A stretch of 64,000 bases of DNA, from the NCBI GenBank assembly GCA_001916065.1, contig MNRS01000019.1:31948-95947 (forward strand). The letters are read 5' to 3'. Positions 1 to 9,218 of the stretch are shown in pieces. The notes under the pieces were generated by a model. It saw only the letters and a list, made by a program, of their open reading frames with translations. It was not told where the DNA came from and made no database searches. The position numbers and the translations under genes were made by a program. Within the stretch, counting starts at the first letter, position 1. Every line of letters begins with the position of its first letter. The stretch is from Clostridium sp. 28_17 (GTDB lineage: Bacteria; Bacillota; Clostridia; TANB77; CAG-508).

Positions 1-97
1 TAAACAAATTCGAAGGCATACATCGTGAAGTATAATATATTAAAATTTAAAAGAAAGGGTTGTCAATAAAAGAATAAAAATAAAAAGCAAGAAGATT

Positions 98-643
98 TTA
101 AGAAGTCTTTAACTCGTATATAGAATTTATTAAGTTAAAGGTTTCTTTTTTCATCAAATCTTTATTATGAGAAGCATTCACTTTGGGAATGAAAGGTTCA
201 CCAAATTTCACAGTCACAGTTGAAAAAAATCGAGGACGTGAAGTTATATAAACAGGTATAATAGGGAGAGAAGTCTTATTTTTATCATGTTTTTTTAATA
301 ACCTTAAAATACGCATAGTAGCTGCAAAGTCCTTGCCATTTCTTTTTATAGGAATGGCATTATAATATGACAAAAAATTCGAAACGAATTTATTTTTAAA
401 AAGTTCAGACTTTGCAACACTATACATATTATCTATTTTGGGATAAAGAAAAACAGGGTCAAAAATCCTAGAGTGATTAGGACAAATTAAACACTTATCA
501 TATTTATTTAAAACATCAAGGTTTTCATATTTTACACGAAATAGAATACGACAAACAAAACCAATTATTACATTTTTAATTAAGTTATACAATAAAATCA
601 CCTTTAAATTACAAAATTTCATCTTTACAAATTTGAGATGCAT
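98..643 (-). CDS. Lysophospholipid (1-acyl-sn-glycerol-3-phosphate) acyltransferase family protein
   Basis: Contains H(X)4D acyltransferase motif (CPNHSRIFDPV); hydrophobic N-terminus; start 7 nt after upstream gene stop. Confidence 0.55.
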   Translation of the reverse strand: MHLKFVKMKFCNLKVILLYNLIKNVIIGFVCRILFRVKYENLDVLNKYDKCLICPNHSRIFDPVFLYPKIDNMYSVAKSELFKNKFVSNFLSYYNAIPIKRNGKDFAATMRILRLLKKHDKNKTSLPIIPVYITSRPRFFSTVTVKFGEPFIPKVNASHNKDLMKKETFNLINSIYELKTS

Positions 644-649
644 ATTTCA

Positions 650-1208
650 TTACAGCATCATATCCACATTTTTCGCAATATTTTTCTTTTCTTGTGTATT
701 GTAATATTTTGGCTCTAATCCAATAACAAAGTTAGAAAATTGTTTAAGTGGAAGTGTTGGAGTATTACTTGTAATACCTCCATCCATCATATAATGAATT
801 TTATTATTAATAGATACTCTATTTGGAGTGAAAATAACTGGGATAGACGAAGAACTTCGAATCGCTTCAGAAATAGGTCTATCATCATAGTATGTAAATT
901 TCTCCATAGGGCTGGAACTATAATAAATAGATTTTCTTTTTGTTATATCTAAAGCAGGAATTATAAATGGTATATCAATGTCTTTCATTATATGTTTGTT
1001 ATGTTTAAGTACTATTTCATCAACACTTTTGCGTATTATTTTAGGGTTTTTTAAACCACCTTTTATCATAAGACTAAAAGACACATGAGCCAATACTTGC
1101 TCCTGAAATTGCCTCAATCTCTACTCCAAGTTCTTTAAGTGCACGGATTGCACCAATATTAATTGCAGCCTTAGCACCTCCTCCAGTACAAGCCAACGCA
1201 ACCTTCAT
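650..1208 (-). pseudogene. Patatin-like phospholipase, frameshifted
   Basis: ATG at 1208 with AGGAGG RBS encodes MKVALACTGGGAKAAINIGA...GASIGS (oxyanion GGG and GxSxG motifs), then stop at 1074-1076; remainder incl. DGG motif (MMDGGITSN) continues in +1 frame as ORF 650-1117. Confidence 0.5.
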
Positions 1209-1414
1209 TTTTAATCCTCCTTTAAACTATAATTGCTAAAATTGATTATAACACAAAATTAGGCAGGTATCTACATTTTGTGCTTAAATAATATTGCATT
1301 TTTATTTGTGCATATGATACAATTAGCAAAAGAATAATGGGATAATTATCATCCAGAAAATGCAAAAAAATATTTGAATTGCAAACATAAAATACGGAAT
1401 GGGGGAAAAATAAA

Positions 1415-2302
1415 ATGAATAACATGTTTTCTATTATTGAAATTGGGAGTAACAATACCAAAATACACATATACAAAGAAGAAAAATTGATATATGAAAA
1501 AACTATTACAATTGAATTTAAGAAAAATTACCAAATAAAAAAGCAAATAAATGAAGAAGACTTAAATAAATTGTATGAAGTAATAAAAAATGCATTAACT
1601 TATACAAACAATGTAAATATATATGGATGTAGTATATTTAGAAACATATCAAATGAAGAATTAGACGAAATTAATAAAAAAATATATGAAAAATTTAAGT
1701 TGGAAATTCAAGTTGTGTCACAAGAAGATGAAGCAAATTATACTGCTCTAGGATGTTATAAAAATATAGAATACAATGAGAATATATGTATTTTTATAGG
1801 AGGTGGAGGTTCAACTGAACTTATATTTGTAAAAAATAAAGAAGTTATAGCCAAAAAATATTATGATTTTGGAGTGGTAGACATTACAAATAAATTTGAA
1901 AGCCTAAAAAATGACATTCCAACATGTTCTTTCAGTGAAGTATACGATTATGTAGATGATATAATTGGAAAAATAGATATTAAAGCAGATATTTTAATAT
2001 TAGCTGGTGGTGACCATTTATATTGGTATAACAATGCAAGATATAATTTAATGGAAAATACTTTATATAAAAATGAAAAACAAAAATATATGCTAACAAT
2101 CGAAATGAGTGATAATTATGATAAAAATGCTTTAGTAACTTCATTAGATAGAATTAGAGCAAATAGTGATAATCCCAAATGGTTTGATGGTTCAAGAGCA
2201 ATGAAAGTGCTAACAAATTTAATATCACATAAAATAGAAAGCAAATATATTGTTCCAACAAAAATAAATATGGAAGATGGATTAAAGATGAAAAATAAGT
2301 AA
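1415..2302 (+). CDS. Ppx/GppA phosphatase family protein (ASKHA N-terminal domains only)
   Basis: IEIGSNNTK, YGCSIFRNISN, VVSQEDEANYTALG, IFIGGGGSTEL motifs typical of Ppx/GppA; paralog of 8314-9198. Confidence 0.7.
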   Translation: MNNMFSIIEIGSNNTKIHIYKEEKLIYEKTITIEFKKNYQIKKQINEEDLNKLYEVIKNALTYTNNVNIYGCSIFRNISNEELDEINKKIYEKFKLEIQVVSQEDEANYTALGCYKNIEYNENICIFIGGGGSTELIFVKNKEVIAKKYYDFGVVDITNKFESLKNDIPTCSFSEVYDYVDDIIGKIDIKADILILAGGDHLYWYNNARYNLMENTLYKNEKQKYMLTIEMSDNYDKNALVTSLDRIRANSDNPKWFDGSRAMKVLTNLISHKIESKYIVPTKINMEDGLKMKNK

Positions 2303-2361
2303 ATCAAGAAGTAAAAAGACATAAAATTAAATTCTTTTTAAAAGTATCAAAAGGAGTAGTA

Positions 2362-3051
2362 ATGAACTTTAAAGACAAAGTATTTTTAATAACAGGGTCA
2401 ACTTCAGGAATAGGTCAAGGAATTGCAAAATCTTTGCTAGAAGAAGGTGCAAAGGTTGTTATTAATTATGGACATGATGAAAAAAAGGCAGAAGAAACAA
2501 GAAGGTTATTTGAAAAATATCAAGATAGGAGCTTGTTTATAAAAGCAGATATATCAAAAGAAAACGATGTCATAAATATGTATAAAAAAATAGAAGAAAA
2601 ATTTAATAGATTAGATGGACTAGTAAATAATGATGTTAATGTTATTGCAAGATGGATGTGCATAAAAAATGCCATTCCGCTTTTGAAAAAATCTAATATG
2701 CCAAGAGTAGTAAACATAGCATCAAGATTAGGAACAAAACCGATTCAAGACTCTGTTGCTTATTGTACAAGTGAAGCTGCTACTATAATTCTAACACAAT
2801 GCTGTGCTTTAGAGTTAACACCAAAATATAATATAAAAGTAAATACTGTTAGTCCATCAATGACATTAACACCACTTGCTAAAAAAAGTTATACAGAAGA
2901 TGAAATAAAACAAACAGCAATGAAAAATCCAAGTGGTAGATTGGGTGAAGTGAAGGATACAGTTAATGCAGTATTATTTTTATTAAGTGAAGAAGCAGAT
3001 TATATAAATGGAGAAAATCTTAATGTCAATGGCGGAATATTATTAGTATAA
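2362..3051 (+). CDS. Short-chain dehydrogenase/reductase family protein, probably degenerate
   Basis: TGSTSGIGQG cofactor motif and NGG C-terminus, but only 229 aa, NNAG replaced by NNDVNV and YxxxK is YCTSE (catalytic Lys absent). Confidence 0.6.
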   Translation: MNFKDKVFLITGSTSGIGQGIAKSLLEEGAKVVINYGHDEKKAEETRRLFEKYQDRSLFIKADISKENDVINMYKKIEEKFNRLDGLVNNDVNVIARWMCIKNAIPLLKKSNMPRVVNIASRLGTKPIQDSVAYCTSEAATIILTQCCALELTPKYNIKVNTVSPSMTLTPLAKKSYTEDEIKQTAMKNPSGRLGEVKDTVNAVLFLLSEEADYINGENLNVNGGILLV

Positions 3052-3095
3052 AAATATTAAAGGGAAACTTTGTATAAGTTGAAAGGTGTAAATGA

Positions 3096-3482
3096 ATGAA
3101 AAATTTAAAGATTGTAAGAACTATAGATTTATGGACTGAACAACATGAAAATCATAATAAATGTTTCAATGGAGCTTTTGTTGATGGATTTGAAAATAAC
3201 CAGATTGCATTTGATGAGTATAAAATAATAAAAAATTGTAATTGTATAATTTCTGTTAGTAACCCAAGTATTAATATAGGCAATAAACATAATGTTATTG
3301 TTTTCTATAAAGATAAAAATCCTGTCAGATTAATGGTTATTAATAAAAATACCGATATTGATAAATGCATTCATATTGCATTAAAACAATATTTTAATAA
3401 TGGTATATTACAAGACTTATATGATAGTCTAGGTGTAAAATCAACAATAATAGATATGAATGAGGAACCTATATATAATTGA
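3096..3482 (+). CDS. Hypothetical protein (same frame as 3534-3797, separated by single TGA)
   Basis: ORF only; no recognisable motifs. Confidence 0.3.
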   Translation: MKNLKIVRTIDLWTEQHENHNKCFNGAFVDGFENNQIAFDEYKIIKNCNCIISVSNPSINIGNKHNVIVFYKDKNPVRLMVINKNTDIDKCIHIALKQYFNNGILQDLYDSLGVKSTIIDMNEEPIYN

Positions 3483-3533
3483 GTTGATAGTACAAAAGAA
3501 ATTGATGTTGGCTCATGTGATAGATGGAATCTT

Positions 3534-3797
3534 TTGTATAATATGTTAAAGGGAAGTTATACGGAGAGCGATACGCAATATGGTAATTATGGAAGCGATA
3601 AATATGAGTTTATTCCAGATTTATGTATAAATTATAAACTAACAACAGATAAGGAGATTTTTAAAATAGAGCATAGATGTATATTTGATTTAATATTATA
3701 CGATATATGCGCCAGAAGATTTTTAAATTATGAAATAAAAATATTTATAGGAGGTAAAAGATTTGAAAGAAGAATTAATATGCCAAATAACAGATAG
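3534..3797 (+). CDS. Hypothetical protein, possible C-terminal part of interrupted gene
   Basis: In frame with 3096-3482. Confidence 0.25.
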   Translation: MYNMLKGSYTESDTQYGNYGSDKYEFIPDLCINYKLTTDKEIFKIEHRCIFDLILYDICARRFLNYEIKIFIGGKRFERRINMPNNR

Positions 3798-4302
3798 AGA
3801 TATAGGAGAAGCACCTGTAGAAATGATAAATCCACAATTAAGAATAGGTGCAAGAGGAATAGTTATAAGAGAAGATGGAAAAATTGCAATATTCAATAAA
3901 AGTAACAAAAATGAGTATAAATTACCTGGTGGAGGATTAGAAGAAGAAGAAAAACCAGAAGAAGCATTTAAAAGAGAGGTATTAGAAGAAACTGGTTGTG
4001 AAATAGAGATTTTAAAATGCTTAGGAACAGCAGAAGAATATAAATCATTAAATAATTTTAAACAGATTTCTTATATTTTTGTAGGAAAAGTTTTAAAAGA
4101 TACTAAGCAATTACATGTGACACAAAAAGAAAAGGAAGAAGGAGCAAAATTACTATGGGAAACTCCTGAAAATGCAATAAAACTTATAACAAAGTCTTAC
4201 AATGAATTAATTGCTTCAAAATATAGTTCTGTATATTCTACAAAATTTGTTGTATTAAGAGATAGAAAAATTTTGGAAAGATGGATCGAAGATTATAAAT
4301 GA
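3763..4302 (+). CDS. NUDIX hydrolase
   Basis: Nudix box GGGLEEEEKPEEAFKREVLEETGCEI; TTG start after AGGAGG. Confidence 0.75.
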   Translation: MKEELICQITDRDIGEAPVEMINPQLRIGARGIVIREDGKIAIFNKSNKNEYKLPGGGLEEEEKPEEAFKREVLEETGCEIEILKCLGTAEEYKSLNNFKQISYIFVGKVLKDTKQLHVTQKEKEEGAKLLWETPENAIKLITKSYNELIASKYSSVYSTKFVVLRDRKILERWIEDYK

Positions 4303-4317
4303 AATTCGAGGTGTAAA

Positions 4318-4614
4318 ATGAACAAAATAACAGATAGATTTTTAAAACTATTTTATAAAATTTCACAAATACCAAGAGAATCTGGACATTAAAAAAGATT
4401 TGCTGATTTTTTAGAAATGTTTGCAAAAGAAAACAATTTAGAATATTATAAAGATAAGAGTAACAATGTTCTAATAAAAAAGAATGGAAAAATATATGGT
4501 GCTTTTTTAGATGAAAAAATGATTGCATGGATATTCTTATCAGTTTCAAATAGGATGAAAAATATTAAAAGATATATTTTATTAAAAAAATTAGGAGAAG
4601 GCGAAAATGAATAA
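4318..4614 (+). pseudogene. pepD: Remnant of aminoacyl-histidine dipeptidase (pepD) N-terminus with nonsense codon
   Basis: MNKITDRFLKLFYKISQIPRESGH*KRFADFLEMFAKENNLEYYKDKSNNVLIKK matches PepD N-terminus (IP..SGHEK..A.E..L....D..NVLIKKPA); GAA to TAA at 4390-4392; downstream diverges. Confidence 0.5.
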
Positions 4615-5218
4615 TACTATAAAACCAATAATATTTGATTTGGATGATGTAAGAAACAAGGCTGAAAACGGTGACAAATTTGCATGCTATATTTTAGGTA
4701 GAAGTTATGATAGTGAGGAAAACGGAGCAGAGCAAAGTTTTGAAAAAGCGATGTACTGGTATGAAAAAGGAAAAGAATTAGGAGATGCTCGTTGTGCATA
4801 CGGAGTTGGTGCTTGTTATTATTTTGGAGATGGAGTAGAACAAGATAAAGGAAAAGCAAAACAGATACATATTGAGGCTTATGAAACACTATTAGAGCTT
4901 ATAAATAAAGAAAAAGAAAATCTAAGAAGACAGGCATTTTCTAAATTTTGTTTAGGTGCTTATTACTATTTTGGATTTGGAAATATCGAAAAAGATGTAA
5001 ATAAAGCATTTGAATTAATACATGACTGTGCAATGCAAGGACATCTTCCAGCAATTTATGATTTAGGAGCAAATTTTTATTATAATGGAATTGGAACAGA
5101 GAAAAATTTGAAATTATCTGAATATTATTTAAAGATGGCAGCAAATGCAGGATTACCAAGAGCAAAAGCTAAATTTGAACAATACAAAAATACATATGAA
5201 AGTGAGATTGAAAAATAG
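4607..5218 (+). CDS. Sel1-like repeat (SLR/TPR-like) protein
   Basis: Repeated A..WY.KG.ELGDA...Y.LG..YY.G.GV..D units. Confidence 0.75.
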   Translation: MNNTIKPIIFDLDDVRNKAENGDKFACYILGRSYDSEENGAEQSFEKAMYWYEKGKELGDARCAYGVGACYYFGDGVEQDKGKAKQIHIEAYETLLELINKEKENLRRQAFSKFCLGAYYYFGFGNIEKDVNKAFELIHDCAMQGHLPAIYDLGANFYYNGIGTEKNLKLSEYYLKMAANAGLPRAKAKFEQYKNTYESEIEK

Positions 5219-5239
5219 TTAATTTAGGAGGTATAATAA

Positions 5240-5791
5240 ATGGAAAATTATTTTATAATACATGGCTCATTTGGGAGCCCTTTTGGAAACTGGTTTAGTT
5301 GGTTACAAGATTTTATATCAACAGACAACAAACAAGTATATGTACCAGATTTTCCAATAGGAGTAGGATATCAAAATTATGAAAATTGGAGTAAGTTATT
5401 AAAATATTATTTAGATTTAGAACTTATAAATGAAAATACAACAATTATAGGTCATAGTATAGCACCAATATTTATATCAAAATTTTTAGTTGAAAATAAA
5501 GTGAAAGTTAAGAAGTTAATATTCGTATGTGGATTTAATAATTATCTAGGAATTAATGAAGAATATGATAATGTTAATAAAACAATGTATTTTGATAACT
5601 TGCAAGATGTACAACAATATGCTAACGAAATTATTTGTTTCTATTCAGATAATGACCCATATGTGAGATATGAAGTAGAAAAAGAATTTGCGGATACAGT
5701 TGCGACAGAACAAGTTTTAATACATAATGGTGGTCATATCAATAGCGAAAGTGGATACGATACATTTGAAGAAATAGTAAGTTATTTATAA
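5240..5791 (+). CDS. Alpha/beta hydrolase, YdeN/RBBP9-like serine hydrolase family
   Basis: N-terminal IIHGSFGSP..NWF and GHSIA nucleophile elbow. Confidence 0.5.
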   Translation: MENYFIIHGSFGSPFGNWFSWLQDFISTDNKQVYVPDFPIGVGYQNYENWSKLLKYYLDLELINENTTIIGHSIAPIFISKFLVENKVKVKKLIFVCGFNNYLGINEEYDNVNKTMYFDNLQDVQQYANEIICFYSDNDPYVRYEVEKEFADTVATEQVLIHNGGHINSESGYDTFEEIVSYL

Positions 5792-5951
5792 GAACTTGTT
5801 AATAAGAAAAATTGAATGTTATTAATAAATATGATAAAAATATATAAGTATTATAATAGGAGGAAAAAATGGAAGGTAATAATATGAGTGGTAATATAGC
5901 TTTTTTAAGAGATACATTTTTAGATGCAGAAAACAATATTTAGAAGAACTA

Positions 5952-6185
5952 ATGAAACAACCTAAATATAAGGCATTTATAGAAAAACTAAACCAATATG
6001 GTTCAGAAGAACTATCTCTTGAGGCTATTAGAAGAATAAGTGATATTGAAACTGGTAAAGTTAATGTAGATGATTTAGAAAGAGTAGAAACAGAAATTAC
6101 ATTGTTATTAGCTTCAATTGAAGATTGTGTTAAAGAAAAAGTAAAAGAAAAAAACAAAGAATCTGATGAAGAACTAGAAATATAA
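5952..6185 (+). CDS. Hypothetical protein
   Basis: ORF only, acidic C-terminus. Confidence 0.25.
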   Translation: MKQPKYKAFIEKLNQYGSEELSLEAIRRISDIETGKVNVDDLERVETEITLLLASIEDCVKEKVKEKNKESDEELEI

Positions 6186-6219
6186 TCGGATTTTTTAAAT
6201 CATTATATTTAATTATAAT

Positions 6220-6414
6220 ATGCTTTATAAAATTAAGTCAAGGAAAATAAAGTTAGGAAAATTAAATTTTTACATTATAGATGATAATTATATTAAATAT
6301 TTAAGTCAATTTGATAAACATATTGCTTATAATAAAAATGAAAAAAGACCATATATAGGAGTTGTAATTATTGTTGAAGAGCATTGTTATTTTGTACTCC
6401 ACTTATCGCAATAA
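6220..6414 (+). pseudogene. Truncated type III toxin ToxN/AbiQ-like N-terminal fragment
   Basis: LNFYIIDDNYIKYLSQFDKHIAYNKNEKRPYIGVVIIVEEHCYFVLHLSQ resembles ToxN/AbiQ N-terminus (KFYTI..YI.YL..FD..V......RPY.G.V......Y.APL.S) but stops after 64 aa; no intact ToxI repeat array upstream. Confidence 0.4.
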
Positions 6415-6422
6415 AATTTAAA

Positions 6423-6453
6423 AGGAAGTGTTTGGAAAAATACTTCCTTTTTT
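6423..6453 (+). terminator. Rho-independent terminator
   Basis: GGAAGTGTTTGGAAAAATACTTCC hairpin followed by T7. Confidence 0.5.
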
Positions 6454-6611
6454 TAACTATTTATGATATAGTTATCATAAATAATCATTATATTAATATA
6501 CAAGAAAAAACTTAATACGAATACAGTTAGTTTTGATAAAAATAAAACTAAAAAATAATGATAATGCATAACAGATAAAATAAAAAAATACTAATAAAAG
6601 AAGGAATATAT

Positions 6612-7691
6612 ATGTTAAAAGACTTATGTTTTGAAATAATACAAACATGCCCTAATAAATGCAAATTTTGTTCTTCAAATTCCTCAAAAGACAAAACAAC
6701 AATAATAACAATAGAAGACTTTAAGAAAACAGTTATGTATTTTATTACTCATGGTGGAATTGGAGAAATATCAATTTCAGGAGGAGAACCTTTTTTACAT
6801 CCAGATTTATTCGAAATGATAAAGTTTTGTAAAGACAATGGAATTAGAACAGTTATATTCACCAGTGGAATAAAAAGAACACCAGCAATACCAGAAAAAA
6901 CAATAGAATATATAAAAAATAAATGTAAAAAAGATTTAGAAGAAATAGAAGAACATGAACCATGGAATGAAAGACTAAAAAGAAATGTGAAGGCGTATTA
7001 TAAAAGAATGATTAATCCAGGAGAATTTACTTCACTAACAAGGCAAGAACTAGAAAAAATAAAAGAATTAGGAGTAGATAAAATCGTATTTGATTGGCAA
7101 GCATTAGATGAAAATATTGATAATGAGTTAATGGGAAGAAAAGCATTAAATACATATCTAATAGATTCTTTGGTTAGAGCAAGCATTGTTGGATTAAATG
7201 TAGATGTTCATTTTATTCCTATGAAACCAAATTATAGACAATTTCCAGATATCATAGAATGTTTAGAAATTTCAAAAGTAAAAAATATAAGTATTTTAAA
7301 TTTTGTACCACAAGGTAGAGGACTAGAAAACAAACAAGACTTGATGTTAAATGAAACAGAGCTAAGAGAATTTAGTGAAATATTAAAAAAAGAAAAAGAA
7401 AAATATAGCGGTAACATAAGAATTGGAATTCCATTAAATGGAAAAATGTCTCATTTATGCACAGCAGGAACTGAAAAATTAGATATAAAATATGATGGAA
7501 CAATACTTCCATGTCCAGCATTTAAAGAAATGACCGTAGAAAAAATGGAAAAATATGGTATAAAATTACATAGTATATATGAGGATTTGGAAAAAGTAGT
7601 TTTACATGAGGGAAAAAGAAAATTACCATTATGTAAGCAAGTTTATGGATTTAATGGAGAATTGACAGAAAGTGAAGAGATAGAGTTTTAA
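6612..7691 (+). CDS. Radical SAM enzyme of unknown function
   Basis: CPNKCKFC (CX3CX2C) at residues 13-20, ISISGGEPFLH glycine-rich SAM motif, C-terminal Cys triad (C-x19-C-x44-C) suggestive of auxiliary cluster. Confidence 0.8.
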   Translation: MLKDLCFEIIQTCPNKCKFCSSNSSKDKTTIITIEDFKKTVMYFITHGGIGEISISGGEPFLHPDLFEMIKFCKDNGIRTVIFTSGIKRTPAIPEKTIEYIKNKCKKDLEEIEEHEPWNERLKRNVKAYYKRMINPGEFTSLTRQELEKIKELGVDKIVFDWQALDENIDNELMGRKALNTYLIDSLVRASIVGLNVDVHFIPMKPNYRQFPDIIECLEISKVKNISILNFVPQGRGLENKQDLMLNETELREFSEILKKEKEKYSGNIRIGIPLNGKMSHLCTAGTEKLDIKYDGTILPCPAFKEMTVEKMEKYGIKLHSIYEDLEKVVLHEGKRKLPLCKQVYGFNGELTESEEIEF

Positions 7692-7703
7692 GGAGGAATA
7701 TTT

Positions 7704-8234
7704 ATGAAAATATTAATAGGAACAAAAAATCCAGGAAAAATAGAAGGAGCAAAACAAGCATTTGAAAAATATTTTGATAAAGTAGAAATAGAAGGAATAC
7801 CAGTAGATTCAAATGTAGGAGACCAACCAATAAATGAAGAAATACTTCAAGGAGCAAAAAATAGAGTGGAAAATCTAAAAGAATATGCTTCAAAAAACAA
7901 TATAAAAGCAGACTTTTATATTTCAAGTGAAGCTGGTATCACAGATTCTTTAGGAGAATGGATTGACATAAATGCAGTAGTGGTGGAGGATTCAAAAGAA
8001 TTCCAAAGTATAGGAACAAGCCAAGGATTTCCAATTCCTGATAAATACATTGATGAAATTAAAGCAACAGAACTTGGAAAAGTTATGGACAAGATATTTG
8101 ATGGACAAGAATTAGGCAAAGGAAAAGGCGGAATAAGTTACTTAACAAAAAATGAAGTATCAAGAATTGATTTAACAAGAACTGCGTTCATTATGGCACT
8201 AACAAAACACATTAATGGAGACATATGGAGATAG
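7704..8234 (+). CDS. Inosine/xanthosine triphosphatase, YjjX (NTPase_I-T) family
   Basis: KILIGTKNPGKIEGAKQAF...SSEAGI...GEW layout resembles YjjX; start 12 nt after radical SAM stop with AGGAGG. Confidence 0.65.
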   Translation: MKILIGTKNPGKIEGAKQAFEKYFDKVEIEGIPVDSNVGDQPINEEILQGAKNRVENLKEYASKNNIKADFYISSEAGITDSLGEWIDINAVVVEDSKEFQSIGTSQGFPIPDKYIDEIKATELGKVMDKIFDGQELGKGKGGISYLTKNEVSRIDLTRTAFIMALTKHINGDIWR

Positions 8235-8313
8235 AAATTACATTTATTTTAATTCTTATAAAAAGAGAATTGAAAGATGTATAAGAGAAAAATATAAAAA
8301 AGGAGATAAATAA

Positions 8314-9198
8314 ATGAATAAAATAATTATAGAAGTAGGGTCAACATGTTTAAAAATAGACAATTATGATGGGAATAAAATAAAAAAATTAGATGGAATT
8401 ACAATACAATTCAAAAAACATTATAACGAAGACAAAAAGTTAAGAGAAAATGATGTGAAAGAACTAATAAAAAAAGTAAATGAATTAAAATCAATTTCTA
8501 AAGACATATATGTATGTGGAACAAGCATTTTCAGAACCTTAAATAAAGAAGAAAGAGAAAAATTCTTAAAAAGATTCAAAAATGAAACAGGATACGATTT
8601 CAACATAATATCTCAAGAAAGTGAAAATGAATTAACTGTATTAGGGGCAACCAGATTTGTAAAAGACAAAGTTTGTGTATTCATTGGTGGAGGAGGTTCT
8701 ACTGAAATTGCAATTTATGATAAGGAAATAAAAGAAAGTGTTAATACAAATATTGGAGTTATAGATGTAATGCAAGAATTTCCTGATTTAGCGGAAAATT
8801 ATGCAACAACTGATTTAGAAGAAGTAAAAGCATTTATTAAGGAAAGACTAAATTTACCAAAACAAAAAGCAGATATATTAATATTGGCAGGTGGTGGACA
8901 TGAAAAGTTTGCCAGAAACTCAGGAATAAAATATGAAGAAAATACTTTATACAAAGATAATTCAGAACCAATTATGATGGACATAGAAACAAGAAGAAAG
9001 GAAACAGAGAGATATTATAAGTCTATTTCTTTAGATGAGATAAGACAAAGAGTTAAAGACCCAGATTGGTGGTATGCTACAAGAGCAATGTCTGCATTTG
9101 CATTAGTGGTTGCAGAAGCAATAGATGCAAAATATATTGTTCCAACAGATATAGCAATGGCATACGGAATTATAAAAGATGGAGACAATAAAAAGTAA
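8314..9198 (+). CDS. Ppx/GppA phosphatase family protein (paralog)
   Basis: IEVGSTCLK, VCGTSIFR, ISQESENELTVLG, VFIGGGGSTEI motifs. Confidence 0.7.
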   Translation: MNKIIIEVGSTCLKIDNYDGNKIKKLDGITIQFKKHYNEDKKLRENDVKELIKKVNELKSISKDIYVCGTSIFRTLNKEEREKFLKRFKNETGYDFNIISQESENELTVLGATRFVKDKVCVFIGGGGSTEIAIYDKEIKESVNTNIGVIDVMQEFPDLAENYATTDLEEVKAFIKERLNLPKQKADILILAGGGHEKFARNSGIKYEENTLYKDNSEPIMMDIETRRKETERYYKSISLDEIRQRVKDPDWWYATRAMSAFALVVAEAIDAKYIVPTDIAMAYGIIKDGDNKK

Positions 9199-9218
9199 AT
9201 TTGAAAAAGGAGATAAAT

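Noticed and set aside
3480-3482. TGA recoding (Trp/Gly) as a genome-wide property
   Set aside because: Core genes in the window show no in-frame TGA, so alternative genetic code is unlikely; the single in-frame TGA is better explained as a nonsense mutation or two genes
6186-6260. Possible ToxI-like antitoxin RNA repeats upstream of the toxN fragment
   Set aside because: Only two short degenerate AGT(C/T)AGGAAAAT units; no regular 34-36-nt tandem array, so an intact type III antitoxin is not supported
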